This document shows, piece by piece, positions 61,092 to 64,000 of a stretch of 64,000 nucleotides of DNA. Source of the stretch: an uncultured Clostridia bacterium. Its GTDB lineage: Bacteria > Bacillota > Clostridia > Oscillospirales > CAG-272. Below the pieces are notes generated by a model that was not told where the DNA came from, did not search any database, and saw nothing but the letters and a program-made list of their open reading frames with translations. A program made the position numbers and the translations under genes. The DNA lies in NCBI GenBank assembly GCA_947624995.1, contig CANQMS010000009.1, positions 6,882 to 70,881 on the forward strand. Direction: 5' to 3'. How positions within the stretch are numbered: the first letter of the stretch is position 1; each line of letters begins with the position of its first letter.

Positions 61092-62225
61092 ATGTCCATG
61101 AACGGAAAAAAACTGATCGAGCTTCGGGGCATCACGAAATCGTTTGACGGCGAGGTCGTGCTCGACAACATCTCTCTCGACATCTATGAGGACGAGTTCA
61201 TAACCTTGCTCGGTCCTTCGGGCTGCGGAAAGACGACTACCCTCCGCATTATCGGCGGCTTTGAGTCGCCGGACTCGGGCGACGTCTTCTTTGACGGCGT
61301 CCGCATCAACGACACCCCGCCTTATAAGAGGCACATCAACACCGTCTTCCAGCGGTACGCGCTGTTCCCGCACCTGAACGTGTACGAGAATATCGCGTTC
61401 GGTCTGCGCGTCGCAAAGGTGAAGGACGACGGGGAGATCTCGCGCCGCGTCCGTGAAATGCTCGAAATGGTCAACTTAAAGGGCTTTGAGCGCAGGCACG
61501 TGACGACGCTGTCCGGCGGGCAGCAGCAGCGCGTGGCGATCGCGCGCGCGCTCATCAACAAGCCGCGCGTTCTGCTCCTCGACGAGCCGCTCGGCGCGCT
61601 CGATCTTAAGCTGCGCAAGGACATGCAGAACGAGCTGAAAAACATGCAGAAGCGCACGGGGATCACGTTCATATACGTAACGCACGATCAGGAGGAGGCG
61701 CTCTCGATGTCCGATACCGTCGTCGTCATGAACGGCGGGTCGATAATGCAGATCGGAACGCCGACGGATATATATAACGAGCCGAAAAACGCCTATGTCG
61801 CCGACTTCATCGGCGAATCGAACATCGTTGACGGCGTGATGCTCGACGACTTTTCGGTCAAGATGTCGGGGCAGACGTTCGTCTGCGTCGACAAGGGCTT
61901 CGGCAAGGACACGCCGGTCGACGTCGTCGTGCGCCCGGAGGACGTGGACGTCGTCTCGCCCGAGTCCGGGATGCTGAGAGGAAAGGTCACCTCCGTCACG
62001 TTCAAGGGCGTTCACTACGAGGTCATCGTCGACATCGGCGGCTTCAAGTGGATGATACAGACGACGGATTACGTCGCGCCGGACGCCGTTATCGGCATCG
62101 ACATCGAGCCGGACGCGATACACATAATGAACAAATCGGAATATTCGGGGATGTTCGGCGACTATTCGTCGTTCTCCGACGAGCTTGACGCGCTCTCCGA
62201 GAACAGCGAGGAGGAAGAGGATTGA
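61092..62225 (+). CDS. potA: spermidine/putrescine ABC transporter ATP-binding protein
   Basis: 377 aa. Walker [36 protein letters not shown], and a C-terminal TOBE-like domain plus an acidic tail. Confidence 0.9.
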   Translation: MSMNGKKLIELRGITKSFDGEVVLDNISLDIYEDEFITLLGPSGCGKTTTLRIIGGFESPDSGDVFFDGVRINDTPPYKRHINTVFQRYALFPHLNVYENIAFGLRVAKVKDDGEISRRVREMLEMVNLKGFERRHVTTLSGGQQQRVAIARALINKPRVLLLDEPLGALDLKLRKDMQNELKNMQKRTGITFIYVTHDQEEALSMSDTVVVMNGGSIMQIGTPTDIYNEPKNAYVADFIGESNIVDGVMLDDFSVKMSGQTFVCVDKGFGKDTPVDVVVRPEDVDVVSPESGMLRGKVTSVTFKGVHYEVIVDIGGFKWMIQTTDYVAPDAVIGIDIEPDAIHIMNKSEYSGMFGDYSSFSDELDALSENSEEEED

Positions 62226-63055
62226 AAAAGAGCTTTTTGGAGCGGGCGTCCGCGTACCCGCACATCGTCTGGAGCGTGCTCTTCATCATCGCACCGCTCA
62301 TCTTTGTCGTGTACTACACGTTCACCGACGCGGACGGCGCGTTCACGACCGAGAACATCGCGCGCCTGTTCACCTCGAATTACGTTCTCATCTTCGTCAA
62401 CTCCGTCTGCCTCGCGCTGATCGCGACGGTGATCTGCCTCGTGATCGCGTACCCGCTCGCGTACATCTTCTCCCGCATGAGAGAGAAGTGGCAGCGCATC
62501 ATGATACTGCTCATCATGATACCGCTCTGGATGAACTTCCTCATCACGACGTATTCGTGGATGACGATCCTTGAGGACACGGGCATCATCAACTCGATCC
62601 TCTCCGTCTTCGGGCTCTCCGTCCACATGATCAACACGCCGGGCGCCGTCGTCGTCGGGATGGTGTTCTGCTTTTTGCCGTACATGATCCTGCCGATATA
62701 CACGGTCATGTCCGGCATCGACGAAAAACTGCTTGAAGCGGCTTCAGACCTCGGCTGCTCCGGCTGGCAGCGGCTGACAAAGGTCGTGATGCCGATGTCG
62801 CTCTCCGGCGTCATCTCCGGCATAACGATGGTGTTCGTCCCGTCGATCTCCACGTTCTATATTTCACAGAAGCTCGGCGGCGGCACGTTCCAGCTCATAG
62901 GCGACACGATAGAGAGCTACTTCGTCGGGACGGCGATAAACTACCACTTCGGCGCGGCGCTCTCGCTCGTCCTGATGATACTTATCCTGATCTCGATGGC
63001 GGTCATGAACCATTACACCGACGCCGAGGAGACGGAGAGGAGGCGCATTAAATAA
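62222..63055 (+). CDS. potB: spermidine/putrescine ABC transporter permease
   Basis: 277 aa. TTG start overlapping the potA stop. EAA-loop region [21 protein letters not shown]. Confidence 0.85.
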   Translation: MKKSFLERASAYPHIVWSVLFIIAPLIFVVYYTFTDADGAFTTENIARLFTSNYVLIFVNSVCLALIATVICLVIAYPLAYIFSRMREKWQRIMILLIMIPLWMNFLITTYSWMTILEDTGIINSILSVFGLSVHMINTPGAVVVGMVFCFLPYMILPIYTVMSGIDEKLLEAASDLGCSGWQRLTKVVMPMSLSGVISGITMVFVPSISTFYISQKLGGGTFQLIGDTIESYFVGTAINYHFGAALSLVLMILILISMAVMNHYTDAEETERRRIK

Positions 63056-63906
63056 TGAAGATACTTTCGCGCATTTATCTGATCCTCGTCTTTATCTTTC
63101 TCTACGCGCCGATCGCGGTCATGATCCTGATCTCGTTCAACTCGGGCGAGTCGACGACCGAGATGCAGGGGCTCTCTCTCTACTGGTACCGCGAGATGCT
63201 CCGCGACTCGGCGACGCTCGAAGCGCTGCGCAACACTCTCGTGCTCTCGATCTCCTCCGCCGTGATCTCGACCGTCGTCGGCACGCTCGCCGCCGTCGGC
63301 ATACACAAAATGCGGAACCGCTTTATGCGCGGCGCCGTCATGTCCGTGACAAACATCCCGATGATGAATCCCGACATCGTGACCGGTATCTCGCTGATGC
63401 TGCTCTTCGTCTTTGTCGGGACGCTGCTCGGGCTCGAGTCGTACCTCTCGTTCTGGACGCTCTTGATCGCGCACGTGACGTTCAATCTGCCGTACGTGAT
63501 CCTGTCCGTCCTGCCGAAGCTGAAGCAGATGGACAAAAATATTCCTGAGGCGGCGCTCGACCTCGGCTGCACGCCGATACAGTCGTTTTTCAAGGTGGAG
63601 CTGCCGTTCATCATGCCCGGCGTCGTGACCGGGCTCATCATGGCGTTCACGCTGTCGTTTGACGACTTCGTCATCAGCAATTTCACGAGCGGCTCGTCGT
63701 TTGAGACGCTGACGATACACATTTATTCGATGATAAAGAAGAGCGTCAAGCCGGATATTTACGCGCTCTCGACGCTCATCTTCGCCGCCGTCCTGCTCCT
63801 GCTCGTCGTCTACAACATGAGCGACCGGAGCGAGCGCGCCGACGCGAAGACGGAAAAGCGCCGCACGCTGCGCTTCCGCGGGAAGGAAGGGGGCGCCGCG
63901 AAATGA
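63055..63906 (+). CDS. potC: spermidine/putrescine ABC transporter permease
   Basis: 283 aa. EAALDLGCTPIQSFFKVELP. Overlaps the potB stop. Confidence 0.85.
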   Translation: MKILSRIYLILVFIFLYAPIAVMILISFNSGESTTEMQGLSLYWYREMLRDSATLEALRNTLVLSISSAVISTVVGTLAAVGIHKMRNRFMRGAVMSVTNIPMMNPDIVTGISLMLLFVFVGTLLGLESYLSFWTLLIAHVTFNLPYVILSVLPKLKQMDKNIPEAALDLGCTPIQSFFKVELPFIMPGVVTGLIMAFTLSFDDFVISNFTSGSSFETLTIHIYSMIKKSVKPDIYALSTLIFAAVLLLLVVYNMSDRSERADAKTEKRRTLRFRGKEGGAAK

Positions 63907-64000
63907 AAAAGCTGTTTTTCGCCGTGATCGCCCTCGCCTCGCTTTTGATGCTCGCGTCCTGCTCGGGCGGCGAGCACGACGACCTCTATGTCTACAACTG
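63903..64000 (+). CDS. potD: spermidine/putrescine-binding lipoprotein, N-terminal fragment (runs off the window end)
   Basis: MKKLFFAVIALASLLMLASCSGGEHDDLYVYN. It has a lipobox and the PotD-typical LYVYNW start of the mature domain. ATGA overlap with the potC stop. Confidence 0.75.
   Translation, partial: MKKLFFAVIALASLLMLASCSGGEHDDLYVYN

Overview
This is a 64 kb chromosomal segment that looks like a high-GC member of the Clostridia, judging by gene content, Gram-positive lipoboxes, a T-box leader and a Cheo-type SOS box. All calls come from reading the sequence and recalling family motifs. No database search or folding was run.

I support about 57 CDS, most of them housekeeping:
- rluA-like, metF-metH, purC-purF, uvrB-(PHP)-uvrA, pheS-pheT behind a Phe T-box, tag, uxuA, feoB with a DtxR-like repressor, and potABCD.
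- Carbohydrate-active genes: GH29, a domain-permuted GH3, two tandem GH30 lipoproteins, a large putative GH, a Cthe_2159-like beta-helix lipoprotein and CotH.
- Three tandem LCP (LytR-CpsA-Psr) paralogues.
- An ArsR / P1B-ATPase / HMA metal operon inside a visibly more AT-rich segment (about 29.5-34.9 kb).
- One tRNA(CAU).

Features that ordinary annotation does not explain:
1. A roughly 450 bp array of five degenerate tandem units sits directly downstream of tRNA(CAU). The units mimic the 3' half of a tRNA, with an anticodon-like loop and a T arm identical to the neighbour's.
2. A family of at least six conserved intergenic hairpin elements (GCGGGGAGGAAAACTTT..AAAGTTTTCCTCCCCGC plus a conserved U-rich flank) lies at gene 3' ends, five of them oriented as terminators.
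3. An orphan Card1/Can2-like CARF-nuclease gene sits among glycoside hydrolases.
4. A small membrane protein carries an extreme Asp/Glu/Cys tail (13 Cys in about 40 residues).
5. FeoB carries a Cys-rich hexapeptide-repeat insertion encoded by an 18-nt tandem repeat.
6. There are candidate attenuator or riboswitch-like leaders upstream of the first LCP gene and of potA, and a 41-bp perfect AT-rich palindrome.

I found no CRISPR array, integrase or transposase. Many long ORFs in the six-frame track are antisense or off-frame shadows typical of GC-rich DNA and were not called.
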